Assembly (NCBI GenBank): GCA_965240325.2
Contig: OZ251233.1
Span: 2,170,001-2,234,000 of the forward strand
DNA length: 64,000 nucleotides
Direction of reading: 5' to 3'
Origin: Rebecca billardiae RCC1528
Taxonomy: Eukaryota > Protista > Haptophyta
The translations under genes and the position numbers were made by a program. Positions 23,335 through 33,390 of this stretch are shown here, in pieces. Below the pieces are notes generated by a model. The model did not search any database, was not told the origin of the DNA, and was given only the letters and a program-made list of their open reading frames with translations. Every line of letters begins with the position of its first letter. The stretch's first letter is position 1.

Positions 23335-23880
23335 CAGGCAATCGCGGGCAATAAGAAGTCAGAGATCTCACGGCTAGCCTCGGTTTCTTAGCCGTTCGGT
23401 AGCCCGAGCGCCTACGGAGTCTCAGTTTCTTAGCTAGGTCCGCCCGCCGCGCAGGCGCGGGGGGCGCAGGGGGGCAGAGCCCCCCGCTGAGTCTTTACTC
23501 TTTAGACTTTAGGCCCGGCCGGCGAGGCCGACGAAAATTTTGGGCCTTTTTGGAGCAAATCTGGCATGCTGATGTTGCATGGATGCTGCGGTGCACTGGC
23601 CAGGAGTCAGTCATCAGGAGAAGTCGGGACTTGGCCTGTACTCGTAGTCGGGCCGCGCGCCGCGTCCCCGAGGCCCGACGGGCCGACTGCGCGCCTGCGC
23701 CTCGCCGCCCTCGCCCCTCGGCGGACCACTCGTCAGCCGGGACGACGTAGTCCCGGTTTCTTAGTGTGACTATGCGTATAGCGAACCAGCCAATCGCTAG
23801 CCTCAGTTTCTAGGCAAGATCCGCAGATAGCAAGCCCCAGTTTCTTAACGTGACAGCTCCTTATTGCCCGCGATTGCCTG
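23335..23880. mobile_element. 546-bp MITE with TA target duplication (Tc1/mariner-type)
   Basis: Perfect 21-bp TIR CAGGCAATCGCGGGCAATAAG (23335-23355 and 23860-23880) with TA on both sides; about five internal GTTTCT(T)A repeats and a GGGGGGCAGAGCCCCCC hairpin. Confidence 0.9.
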
Positions 23881-24319
23881 TAATACTACCTGCCCGGACA
23901 GGTCAATCGGGGCCGCGAGTAAACGGGCAACTACGGCCACTCGTCTGCGAATCAGTAGCGGCCCTTATTAGTTATGGTAAATGAGCGAGTGCGGCCTCTC
24001 AACTAGTGGGCCCGTCTACCGTCCGGTGCCTGCTCGGCGTGCGTCAGGCGTAGTACGACGCGCGGGTCATGCACTCATGCAGCCTGCAGGTAGTTACAGC
24101 AGTTAATGAGTAGTAGTATATATATAGTTAACACGCATCCGAGAATCACTTCGGAGAGTTAGATGAGTCTGTCAACAGGGACTGATGACGGTCAAGGCTA
24201 CAGTGTCAGTTTGCGCGGGCCGATTATTCGATCGTCAGGACAGTGACTCAGTCTGAGTCAGACTGTGACACCGTGTCGCCTCCGGTTCAGTGATGATAAT
24301 AAGTCTGTGCGACATGCAA

Positions 24320-24404
<85 letters not shown>

Positions 24405-24447
24405 CTATTACCATTACTATTACCATTACTATTACTATTGCTATTAA

Positions 24448-24520
<73 letters not shown>
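24320..24520. repeat. (TTA)n trinucleotide microsatellite with a degenerate centre
   Basis: Direct reading. Confidence 0.97.
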
Positions 24521-24522
<2 letters not shown>

Positions 24523-24762
24523 GTAGCGCTGCTGACGACGCCTGCCGGACGACGGGCAGTCTGAATGTGACGCCGAGCCCGACACCGTGATGACAGCCGG
24601 ACGACACGGCGGCTGCTCAGTAGTCAGTCGCGTCACACGGGCCGCCCCCGGCCAGCTCGGCTGCCGCTGGCCCGTGACGCGATGTGAGTGCCAGCGGAGA
24701 CGGAAACGATGAGTCGATGACCGCAATGCGGCCGGGCGCTCAGGCGCTGTCGACGAGCGACG

Positions 24763-26412
24763 TCAGGGCCTTGTCTGGTGGTGGGGGTGATCACGAAAGC
24801 GTGAGCGCCTGGGTTCCGATGTGGAGCCCGCCGGCGGTATCATCACCGTCTGCGCCTGCGGTGAGCGTGCCGGAGACCCGGCAGGGCCATCAGAATCCGA
24901 TGCGCCGGATAGGCAGCCGGACAGGGGGCTGGACGCGAGCTCGAGGCGCTCGATGGCGTCCTCGAGGTTCAGCGCGCGCGCCGCGCCCTGCAACTCGCCG
25001 TGCGAGAGCCCACACGCGCTCGCGCCGTCAGCCGCCATGGCCGAGGCGGACACGCGCGTGGGCGACCTCGCCGCGGCACGGAGCTGGCTGAAGCGGCAGG
25101 CACACGCGCGCGCGATCGCGTGGCGCGCCTGGGGCACGCCATCATTCGTCTTACTCACGAAGACGTCCGCGCCATGCTTCGCGTACATCCGGCGATCCAG
25201 CGTCGAGCCGTGCGTGCTGACGATACACGCCACCAGGTTGGTCTCAGCGGCCGGCTCGGACGAGCGCACGTGATCAATCACGTGCGCGCCGGGCGGCACG
25301 CCGATGCCGAGGTCGTGGTCGGTGAAGACGATGACTGGGCCGGCGCGCACGTACTTGGCGAGCGTGTCCGCGAACGCATGCAGCGCGGCGGCCGCCTCGG
25401 GTGAGTCGTCGGCGAGCTCGGCCGGCGGAATCATCAGCGGGCACGAGCCAGCGGCGCACAGATGCGCGGTGACGCGCGAGGCCAGCGCGACGCGCATCAG
25501 CCGCGACTTGTCGACAATGATCACGGTGGCGTTGGCCGGGAGGGTCATCGAGGCGCTCGCCGGCCGGATCAAGTTCTGCTGCTGCACGGGCACCGACATC
25601 TCGGCGAACGGTGCGGGCAGCTGCTGACACCCCGCGCTCGACTCCTCCGCAGCAGGCGCGGTGGCAGCAGCAGCAGCAGCAGCAGCAGCGGCGGCGGCGG
25701 CAGCGGGCGCATGCTGGAGTGGCTGCTGGGCGTCTGCTGTCTCGGGGAGGTCCCAACGCACGTGCCCACCGAGCGCGTGCATGCACGCGTCGATCAGTTG
25801 GCGCGAGTCGGCCGAGAGACTGGCCTTCTCCGGCCCGTCCACCGGCCCGATGCTCCGCGTGCCGGTTGGCACGGTGTGCGCGGCCAGCCGCAACGTGCTA
25901 CCCGCCAGCCGCACGCTGAGCGTGAACTTGGGCACGTCGGCGAGGGCGTCGGCGATGGGGCGGAGCGCGCGGATCGTCATGCGTATCGGCACGGGGTCCA
26001 CCTCGACCAAGGTCTCCCGCAACGTGTCAGGCATGCACGCCACGCGCACATCAGCTGCTGGCGCCAGCGCGCCGTGAACAAGATCTCCGATCGTGAGAAT
26101 CGCCACCTGCGGCTCGTAGTCGCGCGCGCGGATGGCGGCCGCGGAGATGGCGTCGTGCACCTTCTCGACAGCGCCACCGAGCTCGTGGCAGATCTGCGTC
26201 ATCAGACCTGCGAGGGTGGTGGCGCTGTGCTCCTCGCCGCCCTCTGCCGAGTGCCGGATGCTCTCGACGAGCGACGCAGCGCGCACGAGCGGGTTGCACA
26301 CCGAGTCCTGCAGCGAGAGCAGCGCGCCCGGGTCATAGCCCAGCCGCGATCGGTTTGAACGGACGCCCGCCGAGGCGCCGCCGGCAGCCGCCTCTCTCAG
26401 CGACGGGTGCAT
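24763..26412 (-). CDS. Degenerate hybrid histidine kinase / response-regulator receiver protein
   Basis: SLQDSVCNPL (H-box-like, no His), LVEVDPVPIRMTI and CMHALGGHV (HATPase-like remnants); receiver VIIVDKS...IVFTDHDLG...IVSTH...GADVFVSK. Start uncertain: ATG at 26412, but the frame is open to ~26740. Confidence 0.6.
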   Translation of the reverse strand: MHPSLREAAAGGASAGVRSNRSRLGYDPGALLSLQDSVCNPLVRAASLVESIRHSAEGGEEHSATTLAGLMTQICHELGGAVEKVHDAISAAAIRARDYEPQVAILTIGDLVHGALAPAADVRVACMPDTLRETLVEVDPVPIRMTIRALRPIADALADVPKFTLSVRLAGSTLRLAAHTVPTGTRSIGPVDGPEKASLSADSRQLIDACMHALGGHVRWDLPETADAQQPLQHAPAAAAAAAAAAAAAATAPAAEESSAGCQQLPAPFAEMSVPVQQQNLIRPASASMTLPANATVIIVDKSRLMRVALASRVTAHLCAAGSCPLMIPPAELADDSPEAAAALHAFADTLAKYVRAGPVIVFTDHDLGIGVPPGAHVIDHVRSSEPAAETNLVACIVSTHGSTLDRRMYAKHGADVFVSKTNDGVPQARHAIARACACRFSQLRAAARSPTRVSASAMAADGASACGLSHGELQGAARALNLEDAIERLELASSPLSGCLSGASDSDGPAGSPARSPQAQTVMIPPAGSTSEPRRSRFRDHPHHQTRP

Positions 26413-26902
26413 GTGGGCGGAGGGCGGTACCTGCCGGAGCGGTGAGCCGGGAGGCCGAGCAGGTTCGACCGCGACCTGATCCGGTGCGGACCAGATATCC
26501 TCGTGCGTGGCGCGCACACACTCTGATGTGAATAATCTCAAATCGCGTTCAACAAAGTGGTTAATGAAGGGGTTAGGGTTTGACGTTTGATGAAATATAC
26601 ATATTGATGAAAACTCATTGATGGCCCTTGAGAGCATCAGTCGGCGAGATCGACCAATGACGGCGCTTTCGCAGAGTATCATCAAAGCGACGATGCCCAA
26701 GGCCTGCTGGTCGTAAGTAAATACTTTGCCTTCCCAAAGGCTCCTTCAGAGTCCGTGATAAACATGATACCGGCCCATCGTCCTATGATTGGCACTGCTA
26801 GTTCAATTATTGGGGAACCAGCAGCTGTTGATGAAGTTGAGATGTATGAGCGCGGTGTGGAGATATATGGGCACGAGTGTGTGATGTCGTGAGATTCTGC
26901 AC

Positions 26903-28233
26903 TCTACTAAAGCGCGACTCGCTCGCTCGGGCAAAAGTGAACGGAAGTGGCGAGATCGCGAGATTGCGCCCAAATCTGGCGAAATCTGCATCTTTCAGAC
27001 TTTTTCGGGACTAAGCACCAGATCGACATCTGCCAGATCGACATCTGCCGCGCTCCGGACTGTCTGTGTCCGGACTGTGGTTGGGCGCGACGAGCGCAAA
27101 GCGATGGCGGGCGTGCCTTGCGCCCCGCGCGCTCGCCCTTTGGGTGATGGTGTGCTCGCGACGTCGGCGTTGTCGGGGCGGTCGAGCCGGCGGGCACAGA
27201 GAGGCCGTCAACGTCGACGAGCGTTCGCTCGCGCGACGCGGCCGCGCGCGTTCGGATGGTCCGGCCAGCACTCGTCCCAGCGCTGCGGCGTGTCGTTGTC
27301 CGTCGGCGTCGGCAGCGGCCGGCCCGCCGCAGAGCACGGCCAGCTCTGCAGGGACATGCACTGCTCCATGAGCGTCCAGCCGGCATCGAACCGTCTCGCT
27401 GCACATCCGCTGATGTTCGCCTCGGATGCGGGCCGCGCGCCGCCGTCGTGCTCGCCCTTCGGCTGTCGGCAAGACAGGGACGATGGCGGCCGCATGAGAT
27501 GACGACGCCGCAGCTCGAGCACGTGCTGGCATCGAACCGTCTCGCTGCACATCCGCTGACGTTCGCCTCGGATGCGGCCGCGCGCCGCCGCTCGAGCTCG
27601 CCCTTCGGCTGCCGGCAAGACAGGGACGATGGCAGCTCAGCATGAGATGACGATGACGCCGCAGCTCGAGCACGTGCAGGGCGCGCGGGTGGCTTGCCAA
27701 CCGCGTGCCATGACCGGCGTTGGCCTTGCTGCCAGCTGCATTATCTATGACAACGCGCCGACCTCGAGCGCATGGTCGCGCGGGGCCGAACAACACTTTG
27801 CAGCGCACTCTTCCAACTCACCAAGCCGCCTCACAGCCGGTCAATGTGAGCCAGCGCGGCCCCGGGCACGACTGCCAGGCGAGCCGGGGGCTCCGACTCC
27901 GAGGTGTCCTTGTCAATGCGGTGGTGCCCGCATGATCCTTTGCCCGAAGGTCCTGGCGCCCCCACCCGGGACGAGTGGGGCCGAACTGCGAACTAACAAC
28001 ACTTTTAGCAGCCACTCCGTTCCGAGCTGCGCGCCTCAGCCGTCCCGCGGAACGCGGCGCCCCGTGACGGCCGACGTGACCTGGTCCTGGGACAGAGGTC
28101 GAGTGATGTGATGACTGCCGCGGGCGGGGCTCCGACGAGCCCTTGTCCTTGTCAAATGCGGTGGCGCCCGCATGATCCTTTGCTCGATGGGCCGGCCGCG
28201 CCCGCCCGGGACGAGCGGGGCCGAACAGCCTAG
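26903..28233 (+). mobile_element. Probable non-autonomous Helitron (~1.3 kb)
   Basis: 5' TCTACTAAAG at 26903; 3' GC hairpin CCCGCCCGGGACGAGCGGG (28201-28219) followed 10 nt later by CTAG|T (28230-28234); no TIR or TSD. The base before the 5' TC is C rather than the canonical A. Confidence 0.6.
27382..27677. repeat. Tandem duplication, two copies of ~146-150 bp
   Basis: GGCATCGAACCGTCTCGCTGCACATCC...GCAGCTCGAGCACGTGC at 27382-27526 and 27528-27677, with few substitutions and indels. Confidence 0.9.
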
Positions 28234-29012
28234 TACCCTCGTCTCACTACCACCGACACCCAAATTACCGCGCACCTTTCATCTCGTCAATATCAACCCT
28301 TATTGATGGTCCGCGACCGACGACATCGCTGAAGTGGGGCGCGACCGCGCGAGGCGGCGTTGGCAGTGGCCGGCTCGGGTCATCGTGGTCTGTTAAGCCG
28401 ACCACGCGAGCCGCCCGCGCCGCCCCCGGAGCGCGCCGCATCGGCGACGCCGAGGGCAGGACACCGGCGGGGGGCTTGGTCGGTTGGACACCGGCGGCTC
28501 TGTTGGCCAACCCTGCCCTGGGCGCGGCCGCGGGGTGTCCAACCCCTTATTTCGCGGTGGGCAGCTATCAGAGCCGTGCGCCGGTCAGAAGCGTAGCTGG
28601 GCGGTTGCGGTGCTGATGCAAATGGCGTCAGCACATATCCTGGCTACGGGTGACTGGCCGCTTGGTGATTATGCCCGATCGAGCGGTCGGACGACGCCGC
28701 CGCCGACGGACCGTTGGCCACCTGCGAGTGCCGCTGGACGTGGCGGTGGCATCACAGACTCACAGGGGTGTCAACGGACGACGGAAGTCGGACTGAGTGC
28801 GCGGGCACGTACAGACAGTCTTCTGAGCACTGCAACAGAGAATTTACCGTCAGCTAGACCTAACAATGTGATGACGAGTTAGTCGTTGAACATTCTGGCG
28901 GCACCCGCCGGCGTCCGAGTATTCGCACGGTCCGCCCGTAGTAGTGAACGAGGCACTCTCAGCAAGTCATGGCTTCGTCAGGCGATCTGATGGCAGCGGC
29001 GGCGCGGAAGCT

Positions 29013-32000
29013 CTATCTGCGAACGCGCCACTGCTGCTGACGATGCCGTCGATACGCGCGCTGGATGGTGCACGCGGCCACGCGCATGGCGGCCACCATC
29101 TGTGCCGCGCGCCGCCTCTCCTTCTCGCGCCTCGCCTCGGCGCGCGCGGCGGCGACGGCTTGCCGGCCCTGCTGCGCGAGCAGGTGGCGGCGGAAGGCTC
29201 TCTGGATCCGCACCGCGGCCGCGCGCATCGCCTCGACCAGCTCCGCCGCCTTGCGCCGCTGCTCCGCGCGCCAGCGCCGCCTGGCCGCGCGCGCGCGCGC
29301 GGCAGCTCCACGCGCCGCGCTCTGCAACACCAGGGCCGCCTCGAGCTCGGCGCGCGCGCGCGCCGCGCGCCTGCGGCCCGCATGGCCGCGGCCGACGCGC
29401 TGGATGAGCGGCACGGCGACGCGCCGCCGGCTGGCGACGGCGCGGCCGGCGCGGCCGCGCGCGAGCCGCTGCACCGCCGTCGCGCCCGCCTCCCGCCGCG
29501 CGCGCTCGGTGCGCGCGGCGGCCGCGGCGCGCCGAGCCGCGCGCCCGCGCGCGCCCGCCTGCACTGCGGTGGCGGCGAGCGCGCGCGCCAGCTCGGCGCG
29601 CGCCGCGCGCGCCGCGCGCCGCGCGGCGAGCCCACGGCTCGCCGCCTGGATGGAGGTGGCGGCGGCCTGCCTCGCGCGCTCCAGCCGCGCCGCGGCCGCG
29701 GCCTCACGCCCCGCGCGCCCGCGCGCGCCCGCCTGGATGGCGGTGGCGGCGAGCGCGCGCGCCCTCGCCTCGCGCGCGGCGCGCGCCGCGCGCATCGAGG
29801 ATCGGCGGCGCGCGCCGGCTTGCACGGCGGTAGCGCCGCGGACGCGCGCGCGGTGGGCGCGCGCCACAGCGGCGAGAGCGCGGCCGGCGCGGCCGCGCGC
29901 ACGCGCCTGGATCGTCGTCGCCGCGCCGCGCTCGAGGCGCAGCCGCGCCGCGATCGCGCGGGCGGCGCGGCCGCGCGCGTGTCGCTGCACGCCCGTCGCG
30001 GCCGCGGCGCGGCGCGCGCGCTCGGCGCGCGCCGCGGCCGCGGCCTCACGGCCCGCGTGCCCGCGCGCGCCCGCCTGGATGGCGGTGGCGGCGAGCGCGC
30101 GCGCCAGCTCGACGCGCGCCGCGCGCGCCGCGCGCCGCGCCGCGCGCCCGCGGCTCGCCGCCTGGATCGACGTCGCGGCGGCCTGCCGCGCGCGCTCCAG
30201 CCGCGCCGCGGCCTCGTCCGCCGCGCGCGCGCGCCGCGCCATGCCGCGCGCGCGTGCCTGCAGCCGCGTCGCCGCCGCGCCCTCCGCGTCGCGCTTGCGC
30301 GAGGCGGCTGCGCGCGCCGCGCGCCCGCGCGCGTGTCGCTGCAGCTGCACCGCCGCCAGCTCGCGCCGGCGGAGCAGCGCCGCCGTCCTCGCGCGCGCCT
30401 GCTTGCCGCGCGCGCGCGCCGCGATGCGCGTCGCCGCGGCGCGCCACAGCGCTCGGCGCAGCGCCGCCGCGCCCGAGGTCGAGCGACGCGCGGCGCGTCC
30501 GCGCGCCGCGGCCTGCACGCGCAGCGCTGAGCTGCGGCGGAGGTGCAGTGTGCGCGCGCGCGCGCCGCGCGCGCCCCTGCCGCGCGCCGTCGCCTGGATC
30601 GTCGTCGCCGCGCTCGCCCTCCGCCGCTCGCTCCGCATCGCCTCGCGCTCAGCACGGGCGGCGCGCGCCCGCCGCGCGCGCGCGCGCGCCCGAGCGCCGC
30701 GCGCCGCCGCCTGGATGCGCACGGCCGCTTGCATCAGCAGCAGGCCAGGTGCCAGCCGCGCGTTGTCGAGCGCGCCGCGCGCGAGCTCAGCGAGCTCGGG
30801 CGCGTCCGAGCCGGACAGCCGTGCGAGCAGGGCTGGGACGCGCTGCTCGTGCAGCAGCGCGCCCAGCGCAGGGTCCGCGGACACGCGCGCGTCCGCCAGC
30901 ACGTTCTGCACTGCAGCGGCCGCGTACGGCCGCGCCGACGCGTGCTCCGCCGCGCCGAGCAGGTGCACGCACAGCTCGAGCCCACCGCCAGACACCAGCA
31001 GCGCCGCGCCGCCGATGTCGGCAAAGTTGGCGAGCGCGCACGCGCACGTGGCCACCGTGTGGTGCCGCTCGAGCTCGTCGCACTCTCGCAGCAGCGCGCA
31101 CACGCGCTCCACCAGCGCGCGCTCCTCCGCGCACGCCAGCAGCGCGCCGTGCGCAGACGCGTCCGCCTGCGCGAGCAGCAGCGCGAGATCGTGCGCGAGT
31201 GGCTCGCGCGCCTCGAGCGGGAGCGCCGCCTTCGGCTCGAGCGCGGCGAGCAGCCGGTCGAGCCGTCGAATGGCATCGGACGGAGCGGTGGCCAGCTCAG
31301 CGGCGGCGGCGGCGGCGCCGCCGCCGAGCGCTCGCCGGTCAGCTGGCTCGGACGGCGGCGGCGCCGGGGCGGCGCGGTCTCGCGGCGGCGTGGCGGTACC
31401 GTCGGCCGGGGCGAGCGCGACGCCGCTCGCACCGTCGGTCGTCGCGTCCGCACGCGCGGCCGCGCCAGCCGGCTCGGCGCCCGGCTCGGCGCCACGGGCG
31501 GCAGTGGCAGCGGCGCCCGCAGCTGCGTCGTCCACAGCGGCCGCGCGCTCAGCGCCCCTGTGCGCGCCGCCCGGCGGGGTCCGCTCTGCCGCGCTGGCAG
31601 GGGCGGTGGCGGGCGCCGCAGCGGCGGGCGCAGCCGGCGCGGCGCCATCAGGCGCGGCCGCGTCGGCCACGGCGGCGCGCGCCCGCCGCGCGCGCGCGCG
31701 CCCCCGAGCGCCGCGCGCCGCCGCCTGGATGCGCACGGCCGCTTGCACTAGCAGCAGGCCGGGTGCCAGACGCGCGTTGTCGAGCGCGCCGCGCGCGAGC
31801 TCGGCGAGCTCGGGCGCGGCCGAGCCGGACAGCCGTGCGAGCAGGGCTGGGACGCGCTGCTCGTGCAGCAGCGCGCCCAGTGCCGGGTCCGCGGAGACGA
31901 GCGGGTCCGCCAGCACGTTCTGCACCGCCGCGGCCGCGTACAGCTGCGAGGGCGCGTCCTCCGCGCCGAGCAGGTGCACGCACACCTCGAGACCACCGCC

Positions 32001-33149
32001 AGACACCAGAAGCGCCGTGCCGCCGATGTCGGCAAAGTTGGCGAGAGCGCACGCGCACGTGGCCACGGTGTGGTCGCGCTCGAGCTCGTAGCACTCGCGC
32101 AGCAGCGCGCACACGCGCTCCACCAGCGCGCGCTCCTCCGCGCACGCCAGCAGCGCGCCGTGTGCGGATGCGTCCGCCTGCGCGAGCAGCAGCGCGAGAT
32201 CGCGCGCGAGCGGCTCGCGCGCCTCAAGCGGGAGCGCCGCCTTCGGCTCGAGCGCGGCGAGGAGCCGGTCGAAGCGCGCGAGGTCGGGCTCCCCGGCGTG
32301 GCCCGGGGCCGCGTCGGCCGCGCGCTCAGCCGCCGACGGCTCCGCTGCCGGCACCGCCGGGGCGGCGCCAACCGCCCGCGGCGCGGCCGCGCCGTCGGCC
32401 GTGGCCTTGGCGGCACCGCCGCCCTCCTCGAGCGGCGCGTCCGCGAGAGCGGCCGCGGCAGGCTCCTCGGCGGCGGGCGGAGAGTGCGCACGCGCTTGGG
32501 CGCGCACGAGCCTCCCGCGCGCCACCGCCTGTATCCGCATGGCCGCGTGCACCTTGGCCATCCCCGCCGACATCCTCAGGTTGGCCTGCGCGCCCGCCGC
32601 GAGCTCGCGCAGCTCGGGCATCGTCGCGGCGCTCAGCTCGGCGAGCATGGCGCCCACGCGCTGCTCGTGCAGGATGGTGGCGAGCACGGGGTCGGCGGAG
32701 ACGGCGGGGTCGGCGAGCATGTTCTGGATCGTGGCGGCCGCGTACAGCTGCGAGGGCGCGTCCTCTGCGCCGAGCAGGTGCACGCACACCTCGAGCCCAC
32801 CGCCAGACACCAGCAGCGCCGTGCCGCCGATGTCGGCAAAGTTGGCGAGGGCGCACGCGCAAGCGGCCACCGTGTCGTCGCGCTCGAGCTCGTAGCACTC
32901 GCGTATCAGATCGGCGAGCGCGGGCACGAGCCCGTGCATCTCCGCCAGCTCGAGGATGGACGCGTGCGCGCCGTCGTCCACCTCGGCGAGCGTGAGCGCG
33001 ATCCGTCCAACCACGTCCTCGCGCTCCTCGAGCGTGAGCTCCGCGGCGGGAGCGAGCTGGCGCACGAGGCGCTCGAGCTCCGCGAGCTCCTCCTCCGCAT
33101 TCAGGTCGTCCCGGTACGCCGACCAGTCCGAGCCTCCCGAGTTGGTCAT
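29013..33149 (-). CDS. Calmodulin-binding IQ-repeat protein with three tandem ARM-like modules
   Basis: About 21 IQ-like motifs (IQAAARG, VQRHARG, IQRAFRR, IQRAYRR...) and three ~190-aa helical modules (CALANFADIGG.ALLVSGGGLE.CVHLLG); ATG at 33149. Confidence 0.8.
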   Translation of the reverse strand: MTNSGGSDWSAYRDDLNAEEELAELERLVRQLAPAAELTLEEREDVVGRIALTLAEVDDGAHASILELAEMHGLVPALADLIRECYELERDDTVAACACALANFADIGGTALLVSGGGLEVCVHLLGAEDAPSQLYAAATIQNMLADPAVSADPVLATILHEQRVGAMLAELSAATMPELRELAAGAQANLRMSAGMAKVHAAMRIQAVARGRLVRAQARAHSPPAAEEPAAAALADAPLEEGGGAAKATADGAAAPRAVGAAPAVPAAEPSAAERAADAAPGHAGEPDLARFDRLLAALEPKAALPLEAREPLARDLALLLAQADASAHGALLACAEERALVERVCALLRECYELERDHTVATCACALANFADIGGTALLVSGGGLEVCVHLLGAEDAPSQLYAAAAVQNVLADPLVSADPALGALLHEQRVPALLARLSGSAAPELAELARGALDNARLAPGLLLVQAAVRIQAAARGARGRARARRARAAVADAAAPDGAAPAAPAAAAPATAPASAAERTPPGGAHRGAERAAAVDDAAAGAAATAARGAEPGAEPAGAAARADATTDGASGVALAPADGTATPPRDRAAPAPPPSEPADRRALGGGAAAAAAELATAPSDAIRRLDRLLAALEPKAALPLEAREPLAHDLALLLAQADASAHGALLACAEERALVERVCALLRECDELERHHTVATCACALANFADIGGAALLVSGGGLELCVHLLGAAEHASARPYAAAAVQNVLADARVSADPALGALLHEQRVPALLARLSGSDAPELAELARGALDNARLAPGLLLMQAAVRIQAAARGARARARARRARAARAEREAMRSERRRASAATTIQATARGRGARGARARTLHLRRSSALRVQAAARGRAARRSTSGAAALRRALWRAAATRIAARARGKQARARTAALLRRRELAAVQLQRHARGRAARAAASRKRDAEGAAATRLQARARGMARRARAADEAAARLERARQAAATSIQAASRGRAARRAARAARVELARALAATAIQAGARGHAGREAAAAARAERARRAAAATGVQRHARGRAARAIAARLRLERGAATTIQARARGRAGRALAAVARAHRARVRGATAVQAGARRRSSMRAARAAREARARALAATAIQAGARGRAGREAAAAARLERARQAAATSIQAASRGLAARRAARAARAELARALAATAVQAGARGRAARRAAAAARTERARREAGATAVQRLARGRAGRAVASRRRVAVPLIQRVGRGHAGRRRAARARAELEAALVLQSAARGAAARARAARRRWRAEQRRKAAELVEAMRAAAVRIQRAFRRHLLAQQGRQAVAAARAEARREKERRRAAQMVAAMRVAACTIQRAYRRHRQQQWRVRR

Positions 33150-33245
33150 CGACACGCCGTCTTCCGCGCGTCGTCCTCCATCCCTCGTCTTCCCGCCGCC
33201 CCAAGCGCGTGTAACCACCTATCCCTTCGGCAGCTCAGGTGAGCT

Positions 33246-33390
33246 TCGGAAGGGAAGCCATGGCGGGCGTGAATGCCCGTCCCAACGCGATCCAAGGCGC
33301 GTGTGGCACGTCCGGGACCGGGGGGCATGCCACACGCCGGTCGGCGTCGCCGTACGAGCGCGTGTGCGTGAGTGACAGCTTCCCTTCCGA
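33246..33390. other. 145-bp multi-hairpin element (small MITE or structured leader)
   Basis: 13-bp terminal inverted repeat TCGGAAGGGAAGC/GCTTCCCTTCCGA with CT on both flanks; internal stem GCGTGTGGCA/TGCCACACGC. Confidence 0.45.

Noticed and set aside
26572-26582. GGTTAGGGTTT telomere-like motif
   Set aside because: A single unit; chance occurrence is likely.
27382-28229. Repeats considered as a CRISPR array or ribozyme
   Set aside because: Only two long units with no regular spacers and no cas genes; no hammerhead or HDV core recognised. A Helitron end explains the hairpins better.
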